Source: Eimeria praecox (taxonomy: Eukaryota). Taken from it: DNA of 64,000 nt. The first letter of the stretch is position 1; each line of letters begins with the position of its first letter. Below are positions 40,301 through 52,855 of the stretch, in pieces. The stretch spans positions 4,216,001 through 4,280,000 of the forward strand of contig OY986949.1 of NCBI GenBank assembly GCA_963920595.1. The letters are read 5' to 3'. Below the pieces are notes generated by a model. The model was not told the DNA's origin and did not search any database. It saw only the letters and a program-made list of their open reading frames with translations. Made by a program: the position numbers and the translations under genes.

Positions 40301-42679
40301 TACAACCTTAGGCAGCAATATGTTCTACAAGAGCAAAGTAATGCACAAAGCGCCGGCAGTGCAAAGGGGCGAAAATACCTGCATGCGGTAGCAACGCTGA
40401 CACGTGAGGAGGCTCGTGTGCACGCGGAACTTGGGAGATGTTTGCTGCGCAGACACCGTTGAACTCTGGGGTGTACTCGTAGGTCCCCTGCACCCCTTCG
40501 CGCGTCCCGCGATAGGTATATTCAGTTCTTTCCCCGAACCCACTTAATGAAACATGCAGAACATAGGCATGGCCTCGTGTGCATGCGCATAAATTTGGCT
40601 CGATGGGGATGATAAAGAAGAAGAGACACAGAAGGGGAGGCCGTCTAATGCACACCATATGCAACTACTCATCTAGATAGCAATGTACTGCTGTGCAAGA
40701 GCAAACAACCTACGTGCTCATTGGCCCCCCAGCCATCCTTACCTGCAACACTTCCACCCCGTCAGGAACCGACTCCACAACTTGGCCTCGCGGCTTGGGC
40801 AGCCGCTTCACTCTTCCCCCTGGCTCGCACAACAAACCCTATACCGACCCCTAAATCATAAAGCCTTTCCTAGCACCCCATGACCAGCAGCTACTTCCCT
40901 TCCAACGCTCATCATGGATTCGCGCTTAAGGGCTCTGTCTTGGCGTGTGCAGACAAAAGTGAGAGCATGCAACTTTCTTATAGGGAAGGGCCACACTTTC
41001 CCCCGCAAGCCGTGTACATCTACACAAGTATGAGCAACTATTCACCCCTCAATTTAGAAAAACCAAGCGTTCATAACGAGGCAACCCCAAAGAAGTGCAC
41101 AAGCACGCATACCCTACGCAGTACTGCATGTCCATCACCAACGGCGAAGTCCACACCCCCATAGAAGCCCATGGAGCCCCTGCAAACGATAGCGGTTACC
41201 CTAAACCCTAAACCCCTTTTCCGCGGGCCCCACAGCTGCTCGTCAGAGACGCACTCTCCACATGTTGCAGCGTAGGGGGCACTTCACACGGGCATATGCG
41301 GCCTCTAGACCTGTGTGGCCCTGTGCTTGCTGTTCTACGCACCTGAGTACTCATCGTATTTGTGCTTGGGCACAAACCCCACTGCAGATTCTTCTTCAGT
41401 TTGAAGCGGAGCCCCACAGCCGGAGCAGCGGGTGGGTTGCATGCGATCTATCTGAAGCAACGCATGCACAAGGCCTTCATGCCTCTGCAGCCATTTATCC
41501 GGTAAGCTATTTGTGCTTAGCTGAGGTTAAGCTCGTGGGGTGTGCGTGTTGCTCTTTTGATATTTCAGGGCAAATAATAAACAACGACGCTCGCATGTCA
41601 TGTTAAGCTGGGCTCGTGTGGGCCTTCGCATGCGCGTATACATTGTTACGCTTAATTACCGTAGATGTCTATATACATACTAGATATGTATGCATAGTAC
41701 GCACGCATAGATATACACGTAGGTTCATTGGCGTAGGTATACGGCATACAGCGTTAGTGGTTATGTGCCTGGTTAATTGTCTATGAGCATGTGGGCCTCT
41801 CTGTAAGTCGTTTGTCTGTTCTGCCTGACTGTGTACAGCGCGTATCCACCCAGTGTACAGGCATGTTTACAATATATCCGTATTAACAGGTGATTGCACA
41901 AAAATGAGGTGCGTGCCGGCTTCTGGACGCAATCTAAAAATTCGGGTGTAACGACAGCCTACGCACAGCAACTGAATAATTCATATTGCCGACACTGCGA
42001 GCATTTTACGGAGAAGAAATAATATGCATGCATGCAAACATCAGTGCACGTAGACAGTAGCAGGTGCCGCATGCAGCGAGTTCCTCTGCGCTCAGTTGCC
42101 CTTCTGCTCGTGCACCTCAAAACTGCTCACCCAAAATAAGTCGGTGGTTATACCTTGCAGCCCTCCACTTCCTGTCTTGCCTTCCTCCCCCCCTGGCGAG
42201 CCCCCGGTAGCCTGGGGAGATCCAGAGGAGCAAAACGACCGGCTGCAATCACCTGTAAGGTTTGCAGCATTTACCAAACCCTTAGCCCTTCTCCCATTCA
42301 TACGCGGTCCATTAAGGGTGGCCACGCCACACACAGCGGTCCCACATGGGGCCCTGAATGACTTCTCAGAAAAACATGGGGGCCCCCTGAGAAGGGCCCC
42401 CCGTTGTAACCACTTGAAGCCGGCTGGAAGAGCTGTACATAGATTTACTTGTGGCAAACTAAGGGGGGCCTCCAGTACAGCTCCTGTGGGGCCTCCGCGG
42501 GGGCCCCCCAGTCTTGAGGTGCCAAGAGGTGGCTGGGGATCCTTGTTAAGAAAACTTGAAAATAGGTTCGGTGCTGTCAGGCTCGAGAGATCTGCCTTCC
42601 TCTTGTTTGTGCGGCTGAAGAGCCTGGTAGGGTTTCTGTTGAAGCCTGCCAACAAATGTAGTTTGGGGGGGTATGCCAT
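34362..42679 (-). CDS. NOA1: Circularly permuted GTPase, NOA1/YqeH family (probably organellar ribosome biogenesis)
   Basis: Multi-exon. In order: CQRCYRMQ (~40380-40405), KIVDICD and WIVNRIDCLP (G4, exon 40052-39790), VSSATG (G5, ~39210), VGRVNAGKSTFVN (G1, ~37945-37985), PGTT...IDTPGI (G2/G3, 37141-37285), EGKTLLIGALVRVD (~36789-36981), FLYPP (~35710-35815), DISIGGLGWF (~35160-35190); last exon ends at 34362. G4-G5-G1-G2-G3 order is diagnostic. Putative first exon (ATG 42679) is basic and presequence-like; exons between 40.5 and 42.1 kb are not resolved. Confidence 0.85.
35645..35652. promoter_or_regulatory. TGCATGCA palindrome (abundant coccidian non-coding motif)
   Basis: Exact copies at 25667-25674, 35645-35652, 37435-37442 and 42025-42036 (two overlapping), all in predicted introns. 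Function here is not shown. Confidence 0.35.
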
Positions 42680-43172
42680 GGGGTTCTTCAGTTATTATTC
42701 ATCTAGGAGGTTTATATTGATTTCCCCTACTAAAAAACGAGTGTTTGAATTAACTAAGGATAAGATTAAAGTGGAAGGAAGCCATGGGCGAAGTCGATGC
42801 AATAGAAGAGAATACTGGCCTGATCCTCGTAGCGAAGTTCTCTCTTCAAAAGCAAAGATATATATCTCAATAATAACAAATACATCTAACTGTCTCTATG
42901 ATCCTGCTTGAGAAAACCTAAATATTAAGACACAACCCCTATCTTCACAGGGCCCGATGGACTGGGCACAACGAATGCAGTGCTGGAAAAAAAATGTGAG
43001 AAGCCCCAGTAGCGTTGATCTCTTGGAAGAAACAAATAATCTAGGATTATGAAATTTGATTTCAAGTTTCTTCTTTGCTTTCGCTATTTTGAGGGGTGTT
43101 AGCGCTTGGTTTATTTCTTTTGAGAACAACGAGGACAACGCCAGACAGAACCCCCGGTGGCCATCCATCAGC

Positions 43173-44820
43173 TGTAGTGCACGGGCACTACAATAAATAT
43201 TTCACTAAGGATCTAGTGGACTATCTTGTGAAAAGATCACAATACACATAATATAATATTAACTCTAAATCAGATTACTTGGGGGCCAAAAAATAATGCC
43301 AACCAGCTACGAGTGTGCAACAGCCTATCGGAGTTTGTGTAGTGCACGAGCACTACAATGGATCTCCCATTGACCCTATAGCGGCCCATCCCGTGAAAAG
43401 AGCACAAAATAATATAATATTAGCTCTAAATCAGATCACCTAGGCAAAAATTAAGGCCAACAGGATACGAGGGCCCAACAGCCTATCAGGGCCCTGGGGC
43501 TGACTGCGCAGCCGAGGCACTGACTTCCCAAAGGGTCAGTGGGCCGACAGATCTGTTCTTCCATCTTCTTCCAGCCCAAGGGGAGTTGAATACGTTTTAG
43601 AGGATATGCTTCAATTATTTGGAGTCTTGAAGAGAATATCCCATGAGTGAAACAAATATGTGTTAAGTGTGCGCCTACTAGGTATGCGCAGGACTCTTAG
43701 GTAGTTGCAGACAGTGCTGCTAACTCCATTTGCTAATTTTAGGGGGAGGGGAGGGGGGCGTTAGGGGATTAATTCTTATACTCAGGGCCGGGATAACAAC
43801 AAATTCGGCCTCAGTCTTTTCACAATACGGGGTTGGGTAGGTGTGCAAGGGAGGACGGGCCATAGGGGAAATCGAATGAACGAAACCCAAAGAGCCTACA
43901 CGCAGAGGGCAACCAGCACGCCACCGTGCTGATACCTCGAGGCCCGGCCGGAGACAGATATCAATAGTATTACCACCGGTAGGGACACTTCCGCCCGGTG
44001 GGCCCGGATCACTTCCGCAGCTCTGATGAACATGGAAAAAGGGTGCTGTGGAATGATCCGCAGTGGAAAGAGCCCCATTTACGCAACCACCCGTGGGGCA
44101 GCAAGAGGGAAGCACAATGCAACCCTTTCTGTTACGTAGCGGGCAGGTATTCAGCAAATTGGGGATAGTCGACGCAGTGCGGTAGCGAACATATCAGTTA
44201 CCTATCAGGAACTGGAAATATCTACAGAGAACCATTGACCTGAAGGATTGAGGGCTGGCAAGTGGCAAGTGAAAGTGGCAGTCTTTTACTGTTCTGGGCT
44301 TCCTGGTGAACTAACACGCGCTATTACACGGGGCGGATGGACATAGCATCCAAGCAGTGTTAAGGACATTGGGGGCTGCCAGCAGGGAATATTGGGGGCT
44401 CATTGAGGCCAACGGGGGCCACCCTAGAGAAGATAACCGGGGAGAAGGCCTGTTGATTGGTATGAGTGCAGGGGTCGAGGGCATTAAACACGTGCATGCC
44501 CCAGTCGAGGGGAAGCATGCTAAGCGACCGGGGGAGACGTGTAAGAAGTGTGAAGGAATGGGACACTGCGCTAGGCCTTGTCCCCCACCGAGACTAATGA
44601 TAATAGGCAGGGGGTGGAGAGGTGGAAATTCCCCAAGGTGGGGAGGCCGGAACAGTCCGGGGAGAGGGATAGTTGGAGTGCAAAGGTACTACAATGAATC
44701 TCCTCGTGGAGCCTCGAGGGGTTTATCCCGTGAAAACAACACAATATAATGCAGCAATATATCTGTAACGGGAGTTCTAAATCAGAGACTCAGGCAAGAA
44801 ATAAGGCCAACCGGCTGTAA
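43173..44820 (+). mobile_element. Degenerate LTR-retrotransposon-derived element: LTR-like direct repeats, gag remnant with zinc knuckle, polypurine tract
   Basis: Three diverged ~150-165 bp direct repeats start at 43173, 43338 and 44674 with TG(T/G)AGTGC. A CX2CX4HX4C knuckle CKKCEGMGHCARPC lies at ~44539-44581 and a gag-like FYCSGLPGEL at ~44284-44313. The purine tract GGGGAGAGGGATAG (44659-44672) directly precedes the third repeat. Confidence 0.6.
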
Positions 44821-45866
44821 GTTCCCCGCAGCGTAACGCACTACTTTAGCATTCAGCAGTTGGTTAATATCACTGGCAAGAGCAAGGCGTTCCAAGTATA
44901 GTTTCGGCGTTTTGAAGTGTGTCTGTGAACTGCTCGAAACTATTCTTAGTGCAGCCGGGGACCATAGGGGCACTTGTAATGCTTGTTCTACCTTTTCATC
45001 TTCGAAGAAGAGCGAAGGCAGGCACAGTAAATAAAGGCTAAAGTCGGTTGGCGACAGCTGTCTTGAGCTCTCAGCTAGAGAGGCACAGCCGCCCCCCCCC
45101 GCCCCCCCCAGGCCAAATTCCCGCGTATGCACAGCCCGCAAGGATCGTTGCTCTTAGTTCTGTTTCTTCTCTAATTGCGTTTCGTTCTAATCGTTTTCGA
45201 GGCACCTCTTGGCTTTTTGGAGAGGATCACTGCAGCCAGTTGAACTGCAGTTCACTCGGGGAGGCGCGGTGCCCCCCTCGTTTGCTTTTGGTGAACCATT
45301 CATGATGAGCCGATGGTATAGCTCACCCCCAAGCAAAACCCTATAATTATAGAACCCAGGTTTCTTAGATGCGTGCTGCCCGTTATTGTCACGCATCCCC
45401 CAAGGGTCGCGGAGTTGTTGGGGCGCGTTTTGTCGCCACCAGGGCACGAGGAAACGACTGAATCCTAAAGATCGAGGCTCTTAAACCTATCCCTAAGACC
45501 CTTCTGCGTGGTAGGAGGAGCACACGAAACCCTTAAACCTTGTTCTAAAAGGCGTAACTACGCCGCTGGAGTTGAATATAGTTTTGATGGGGATGGGCAA
45601 CAAAAACAACAATTGGACGCAACGGAACAAAGATCTGTAACAATGTGCATTCAAATGGAGAGGCTAAAACAGCCATCTGCGACAGGACGCAGGCCTTCGT
45701 GCATATATTACTGCTGGCCTAACAAGGAGAAGCAACAAACCCGTCCCCAGAAGTATCAGTGATTGTTTGTGAGTATTTTGAACAAGAATGCTTCACGAAA
45801 ATAAGCATAACGGTAAAGGAACCGAATACTCACAGAAGCATATTTGGCGGGGCAGTATGCAGCACC

Positions 45867-46829
45867 TCAGTGCAGCTCCCGCCACAGCGTAAGGAGCCTT
45901 TCTTTGGCAACGGGATGTATGGCCATCCACTTTCTTATATCGGTAATGTCGCTGAAGTCGTTGAAAAATACATCAATCATAGCTGCCGGAGCGGAGGACT
46001 GGGGATGCACGCCTAAGGCTTCCAAGCAGGTGCCTACGAAGCAGTCTTCGTTGCTTAAAACCGGCAACCACTTCGCAACGGCTGCGATTTTTGCAACTAA
46101 ATCAGCCGAAATTATGTAGAGAGGTCCAGACAGATATGGCGGATAAGTTGCTGGACTGTATACACCTGGGTCTTCGTAATTTCGGTTCGTAGGCTCCCGT
46201 ATGACTTGCACGTTAGTGCGCAGCACCCCAGCTGCTACATCCTTTTCCCCTTGGTGGGCATTCAAATAGCCCAACAGTCTATTCATATCGATAAACACAT
46301 CCGCATCTGCCTTGACGAGAAACTTGGCCTCCGGGCAGGCATCTTTGATCCAGCGGAAAGCAGTAATTGTCTTGTATGTCAAGTGCCGATATTTGTCGGG
46401 GGCTGAGTGCTGTAGGATGTCTCCATACATCTCAGCTTCCTTCTCCACTGCTTGCTGCGCTTCATGCGACCCCACGGTGCCCAGCACAAAGAAAACCCGC
46501 ACCCGACGGTTTCCTACCCGGCTAACGCCTCCCCAAGTGCTCCGTACTACCGCCCGCGCCTCAGCATCTGCCGCCCCCGTCATTGTCACCAGCGCAGCGA
46601 ATGGAGGGTCATCAGCGCAGCTGACTTTGGGGGTTATCAACAGCCGCCAGCTTGTCTGAACGGGCAGAGAAAGCAGAGACAACTGCCGCTCCTCCGGCCA
46701 CCTCCACCCGTGGGCCTTTGAGAGGAAGATATATATCGAAACAAATGCAAGAAACAACAAACACCCAACGTGATATACCGACATGTCGCTCCAATTCCAC
46801 CGCTCCTTCACCGGCTTCTCCGGCTCCAT
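45867..46829 (-). CDS. Beta-1,3-galactosyltransferase-like glycosyltransferase (GT31, Galactosyl_T), type II membrane
   Basis: N-terminal TM (VGCLLFLAFVSIYIFL), R.VVRSTWG, FFVLG, E...YGDILQ, LTYKT, KADADVF (DxD), YPPYLSGPLYIIS, NEDCFVG, H near the C-terminus. ATG at 46829; the ORF is open from 46868. Confidence 0.9.
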   Translation of the reverse strand: MEPEKPVKERWNWSDMSVYHVGCLLFLAFVSIYIFLSKAHGWRWPEERQLSLLSLPVQTSWRLLITPKVSCADDPPFAALVTMTGAADAEARAVVRSTWGGVSRVGNRRVRVFFVLGTVGSHEAQQAVEKEAEMYGDILQHSAPDKYRHLTYKTITAFRWIKDACPEAKFLVKADADVFIDMNRLLGYLNAHQGEKDVAAGVLRTNVQVIREPTNRNYEDPGVYSPATYPPYLSGPLYIISADLVAKIAAVAKWLPVLSNEDCFVGTCLEALGVHPQSSAPAAMIDVFFNDFSDITDIRKWMAIHPVAKERLLTLWRELH

Positions 46830-49249
46830 GGGCTGCACAGACAAAGAGACATACACAAGCCGGTACACAAAAAGTGCACAAATACGAAACGTTCAGGTGA
46901 GGAATACTTTAACAAATTCAACAATACAGTAATTGCTGTGCTAGATGGGTCCTACTAAAGCCGACTCAAAATGTGAAAATTTGTGCAGTGCAAGCCGCGC
47001 GCAGATAAACTTTGGCGTTCATCTAATAGGAATCTGGCATGCCATATTGCGCTTTAACGAGTATACAATATAGAGCAAAGTGCGACGAAATTGCAGGACA
47101 GAAGAGGCTGTAATATAAACTTGGGCAGAATAGAGAGCCGCATTTGAACATAAAATAATCAGTGCCCCCCGGCGCAACCCGCAGCAGCAGATGTCGCTTT
47201 AGTGCCCGATGTACTGGTGAAGCCTGCTGCTTACACTCTTGGGGTCAGTTTGGCCCTTGGGAGATGCGATCCTGACGCATATACTGGGGGAAGGGGGGCG
47301 TTCATCTTTTTTCTCTTTGAACTTGGGCGTTCCTTCTGCGTTGCCGTTGAGGCCCTTCATTTTAGGCACTTCGCAGGACCCCAGGTGTGCAACTGCGACT
47401 TGTTTCCGAATCGTTCGGTGGTTCGCGGTGCCTCAGTGCAATATTTATCTCAAAGATACAAGCATGTCATCGGCATCCTTGTGTGCAGCTTCACTACAAA
47501 TCGCCGCCCATGAAATGTTCCTTTTCCTGCGCTCGCATGTTGAATACTAGTCTAAGGCCAAGTCGTAGCTGCAGGGGTCTCGGTGGCCTTAATGGAAGCA
47601 ATAACCCATGCCGGGAAATTTAAGACAAAGATATAAACTATTGTCATACAGTACCGACGAAAGGCCAATCATTGCGGGAGGTTCCCAGGCTGAGACTCAA
47701 CAAACCCCAGTCAGGCAGCCACCGGTTTCCACATGTTCGGAGGGGTAGTAGCTGGCATTTAAGACAGGAACCGTCAAATGGATAGGAATCGAAGGCAATT
47801 TTCTTGAAAATTTCGGCCCAAATTCGGTGAAACCTAAATATAAGGTTCGAGTTCCAACAAGCTGCGCAAGAGCTCCAGGTTCCCTAGCACGTGCTCTGGG
47901 GAGCAGCGGTAGCTGCTCCTGTTGGGCAAAAAAGAGTTAGAGTCAGTGTTGGATCTCTAAACACCACTAAAGCCAATTATTTTCTTCGACAGATTGGATA
48001 ATCGGGAACGAATTCCGCTTACAATAGCTGTAGTTCCTGGCTTTGCCGCTCCTCGGGTACGCATGCATCGATAAGAGCTGGGTACGGATGGCGCATGGAC
48101 AAAGTCTCTCTACGGAAGGATGCAATATAATTTCACTAAATGAAATTCCATGCAGTCAGTTATTCCACCTTAGAAAAGCCCAAATGCCGCAAGCGATGGC
48201 TTCAAACCAAACCCACCTGACAGCAGAAAGACATCCCCTCCCCCCCGGTGCCTTCCTTTACAAAAGCAAATGGTGAAGCGAGGACACACCACTCCCCTTT
48301 CTTCCGTACCTAAGAAATGGAAGAAAATATAGCAAATGCCTCTTGAAAAACATTTGCAGCCTCCGAAACCAGTAGTGGAGCAAGAATCCGTGGGCCTCTA
48401 GGGCGACGACCGCCGCGAGCCGCAGTAAGCCAAAGTACGCAGTATAAGTAAGTACCCCGGAAAGCCTCTGGCGCATCAAACTATCTTTGGCCATCCTAGG
48501 GCGCAGCACAATGGCTGTTTGGGGCTAGTGGGGAGAGGTACCTGCCCACTATGTGTTGCAGCATGCCATGCTGTAGCCACTGCCCTGAGGCACCACGACA
48601 GTTTGCTCGTCTACTCACGACGCACGCCATGGAAGGGCTCCTTATCATTCCCCCTGATTTGAAGCTTACCCTCCGTGCGTACAACTCGCCAGGGCTCACT
48701 GAGTGGGACTCACAAATTGTGTTTGGCCTGTCGTTGCAGTTTGAAGGGTGGGTGCACGATGCCGAAATAAACACACGTGTACTGCAGTTTGCGAGGGCGA
48801 ATGGAATGGAAAGGCTACCGAGGCCTGCGGTTAGGCAGTTGGTAGATCAAGGGTATCCGAAATTTTTGCCTCCTTCCAACTTTGTCGTGCGCCGACTTAC
48901 CTGCACTTTCCTCGCCAGCACCAGAATGTGCCCGAACTCGGCATTTGACGCTTGAGAATTCCGTTTTTTCAGAAACTTTCCCGCTTACATCTAGACTTTT
49001 AGATTTCCTGTTAAGGATAAGGAGCTCTCCTGTACTTCAGAAAATTTCGGGCTGCGCAGGGAGTTTGACTCTGACCATTTGGCGCCCAGCCGGCAGCTCA
49101 CTGTTGGGAGCCCCTTGTTATTTAATGCATCTGAGGACAGCCCTTTCACTTGTTCCCACTTCTGCTGTTCCGCATGCATTCACTGGATTGATTCCCCACA
49201 ACTCCGATCTTTGTAAGATCGTGGGGAAGCGCATACCCTTTTCCATTTT

Positions 49250-51550
49250 GCATTGCGTTGGAGCCGCCTCGCTCCTTTGTTCTTCGGGTACAGTCCTCCT
49301 ATTGTAGCGGATGCAATGCTGTATATAGAACGCCTACGCGGATCATATTGTTGCTTCCCCTCCTTTAAACCTCAGTATAGCCGTTGGGAGGGCACATGCG
49401 CACTTTCCACTGAGCCGCGCTGCCTACGGTTAGGCCGTGCTGGAGTGGCCCAGCGTAGAAAGCCCCTCTCATGGTAATGCGACGCGTTTCTAGCTCAGTC
49501 TGCATTTCAAGCTAATAGTGCTACGGATCGCATGCCCTGTTCGCCATGGGCGAACAAAGGTGAGCTCACGAAATGGCATGTAGGTTGCACCTCCTCAAGT
49601 CAGCTGCAGACAGAGTTGGCTTGAGCCCCATCTGCCGCTTTGGCTGTTACCTTTTCTGGTTATATCGCTGCGTACATTCGTCGGACGCGAGGCTGTTTTC
49701 CTGAACTCTTTGTTCGTTCCTGTGGCGGGGATGCTCGAAGGTTTGCTCCTCCAATGCTCTAGCTTTTTTCGTGTGTCTGCAATCTAAAGTTATGTGACCA
49801 CGGTCGTTCCAAACTAATCAGGAGCTCGACCTGCGCTGATTCCCTTGGCTCTTTGTGTGCTGAATGCTCTGGCGTCTGCCTCTTCTATTTCGTTTTCTCT
49901 TCCTTGGAGGAGCTGCCACTCTCAACCCGAATATCCAAAGGCTCTATACGATGGCCGTTTCCAAGCCCGCTTTTCTTCCTCAGGTAGAGCCGCGAAAGTC
50001 TTACTGTTTTTCTGTGTGATGCTAAAGTTGTTTATTATCTTGGCAATGCGGTGGAACAGCCTTTCCCGCCAAGTTGTCACCCAGCAGCCGATATGGCAAC
50101 AAGGACAGCTCTGCTCTGACCCTTAATGTTAGAAGGCCCGAGCCCACTATTGAACTTCTGTTTCCCAAGGACACATATATCCCGTTGCAACGATTTATCG
50201 ATAGCTCCCCATGCTTGAGCAGTATCATTTCTGCCATAGCCCAATCGCTTGCGCTCATTGGAACAAACTTACATCGCAGCTCATCTTGAAAAGCTGCCCT
50301 TGTCTGTATGCACTCTGGGAAAAGGTACCCTTGCTTCGGCGTTGCCGTAATTGCCATGCCTGGATTTCCAGTAAAGATGATGCACACAACACCAGCACCT
50401 CTCCAGATGCATTTTGGAGACGAAAGTGCTCATCACACACAAGAAATTCCTACACTGCATCAATGCGCTCGTCACCCCTGGATAGTTTTGTTGGGCGGTA
50501 GTTTCAAAGGTAGAGACTTTATTCATGAGTTATTTCCTAGATAAAGCATTATCAACAGGGTGAAACGCTAGTCCTGCGCTCATTTTCATGAGAAAGGGTG
50601 CCCACTCGCGCCCGCCTCCCGCCGCAAGGGAAGATTCCGATCTACTTCCACTATACGAGTACAAACAGGCAGAATATCTGACGACTATACTAGGAAGAGC
50701 ATCTAACGTTTTCGTCTTCTCATTTCGTCAAATACCCTTTACAGCTAATTGCCGTTCGCCGTTAGATACCAGGTGGAGTTGTAGTTGACAGCTCCAGCAT
50801 GCCGTGCTACCCAGTGCAACGACTATCCACTGCCTAAACCAAGGTAGCCATGACACTTATAAGAACCGTTGTAACCGATATCAGGTATCTCCCACATGGC
50901 TAAACTACAATTCAATATCCAAGCCTCCTGGGCTGGGACTATTGCAGGTCATTGGCGGCATTTCATCCGGCAAACCACCTACAAGTGCATGAGACCCCGA
51001 TTTCCATAAATTCACTTATTCGTAGATGTTAAACGCTTGCTGGCTTTCATTAGCCAGCCTGTGCGCAAGTATTAGTACAACTTCAGGCAGGCCATGCAGC
51101 AGATGGCCGTAGGCGATCGACAGGTACGTCATACATGCAGAGCTACAGAGCCATGCATAGACATAGACGGCAAGAATATAATCCAATTACCTTTTTTTGG
51201 AAAGAAATGTATATCCGTAGATGAACGGAAAGTGTCATTGGTCCAGCCCCTCTTGCAGCCCAGATTCAGCACCGAGCAGGCGAAGGATCTGTTAAACCGT
51301 GTACGACGATATTGCCCAAAACTAAAGGCCTAATATTTTGTTTTGTACACCCAAACGAAAATAGGTGTCGCGTGGTGCAGTAACTAGGACGACTGCAGCT
51401 CGCCGCACGTAATAGATAGCCCTGGCACCTTGTGGAGGGGATCATTAGCTCTAGGCATTGCCCACTTTCTTTTAGGTTAAAGACGTTGAAGAATTGATAG
51501 TGTTATTGGTTTAATTGGAAAGGCGCTCTTCCTGGTCGCCCCGGCGAAGA
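49250..51550 (-). mobile_element. Highly decayed Ty3/gypsy (chromovirus-like) pol remnant: RT, RNase H, integrase, possible chromodomain
   Basis: Frame-broken motif relics on the minus strand in gypsy order: WAMPRANDPLHKVPG (~51420-51465, cf. YPLPRIDDLLDQL.G), VVHGLTDPSPA (~51275-51308, cf. VMPFGLTNAPA), *LDYILA (~51170-51190, cf. YLDDILI), GERQLAV (~50740-50760, RNase H), DNALSR (~50536-50554, cf. ADALSR), FVP...A...ILLKHG (~50208-50265, integrase), KEGKQQY (~49345-49365, chromodomain-like). Each match is weak; order and spacing support the call. Ends are approximate. Confidence 0.6.
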
Positions 51551-52855
51551 CCAAATACGCGTGGCGCACCAGCCGGCCACAGGCAATGGCATCAGCGCCA
51601 GCTGCCTTGCATGTGCTTGGCTAATGCCTTCGTGGAGATGTGCATTGAAATTATGCGTGTACTAAGAAGTGCTTCGAATCTAATGCACTATCTAGCAGTT
51701 AGGCTTAGGGGCAGGCAGGCAGGGCCAGTCTGCAGGGCAGAGCCTCGCCCAACTGGTACGGTCTGACCACCGTGACCCAGCGAGAGTTTCACCTCTTCAC
51801 CCGCTGCACCTTTTGCATATTTTCATACTTTATGGTCACTTCTCTGAAATAAAGCTTCGGTGTTCAGGGTGAATGCGTACTTGGGTCTGCGGCGGGTTAC
51901 ATTGCGCCGACGAAGTGGTCAGCAAAGGTTCCAGACCAGCTGTTGGCGGTCATCCTACGAGGTGGTCTCCACCGCTTGTTTCTCCGGTATCCAAAGGGTC
52001 ATCAACTGAAGTGTTGTCTCATGTTCTTCCAAGGGTGGCGAGTTCGCCTGCCGACTGTTAGACTGCGCTACAACAATTGCTTCAGAGCTCTCTGAGTGTA
52101 TAGCGGGGGCTGTGTTGGCAGCAGCAGAGGGAGAAATGTGCTTCAAGAGATTGAAACATCATACGGCTTGAAGACCTAATTGCAAGACACTCACAGGCTT
52201 GGCTGAAACTTCCGGCAGCTTCGGGAACTTCCCTGCTAGTCGGCGAAGGATCGTTCGTGTTCCTGTTCGTAGTTGCAAACTGCCGCATTGGACAGGCCCA
52301 GATTTGAGGTTAATCGATCCTTCTGCCTGTGTGTGCTTCCCAGCCGTATCTACGCATGGCGCGGGTCGGCTATCACATGCTGCCTCCCTTGAAAAGGAGC
52401 AGCGAAGCCATGGGCGATGTACATGACTTGGAGGGAAATCCACCTCGCAGCAAATCGCCCAGTGAGGTGTATTTGCCGATTTCTGCGCCACATGAAGTGC
52501 AAAAATGCCCGGCTGTGCGTAAGCTGTGTCTCATTTTACAACCTCTAATCTCCAACAACCCATGCACTACTGTTACCGCTCCGTTGCGCCCACAGTTGCG
52601 AGTTTGCGAGTATCTGGGGACTAGCTGCACCAGCAGCAATAAACCACTGTGTACTCTGGCGCTGGCGCCAAGTAGAATGGTTAACAATAGTTAAACTTTT
52701 GACGGTCCCTGATAAAGCTCAACAGGGAGTATGCGATGCAGCTTGTTCTGTTTTGTGCCTTTGAGTCTCCGTATTGTCGGTATCGTTTCGCACGTTTAGC
52801 AGTGGCTGTATCCCTCTGTCTTCTTTCTTTTCTGCCTGCGCTGCTACAGGAGGGC

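Noticed and set aside
42096..42911. 271-aa plus-strand ORF
   Set aside because: Non-ATG start and antisense to the putative NOA1 first exon; no recognisable motifs.
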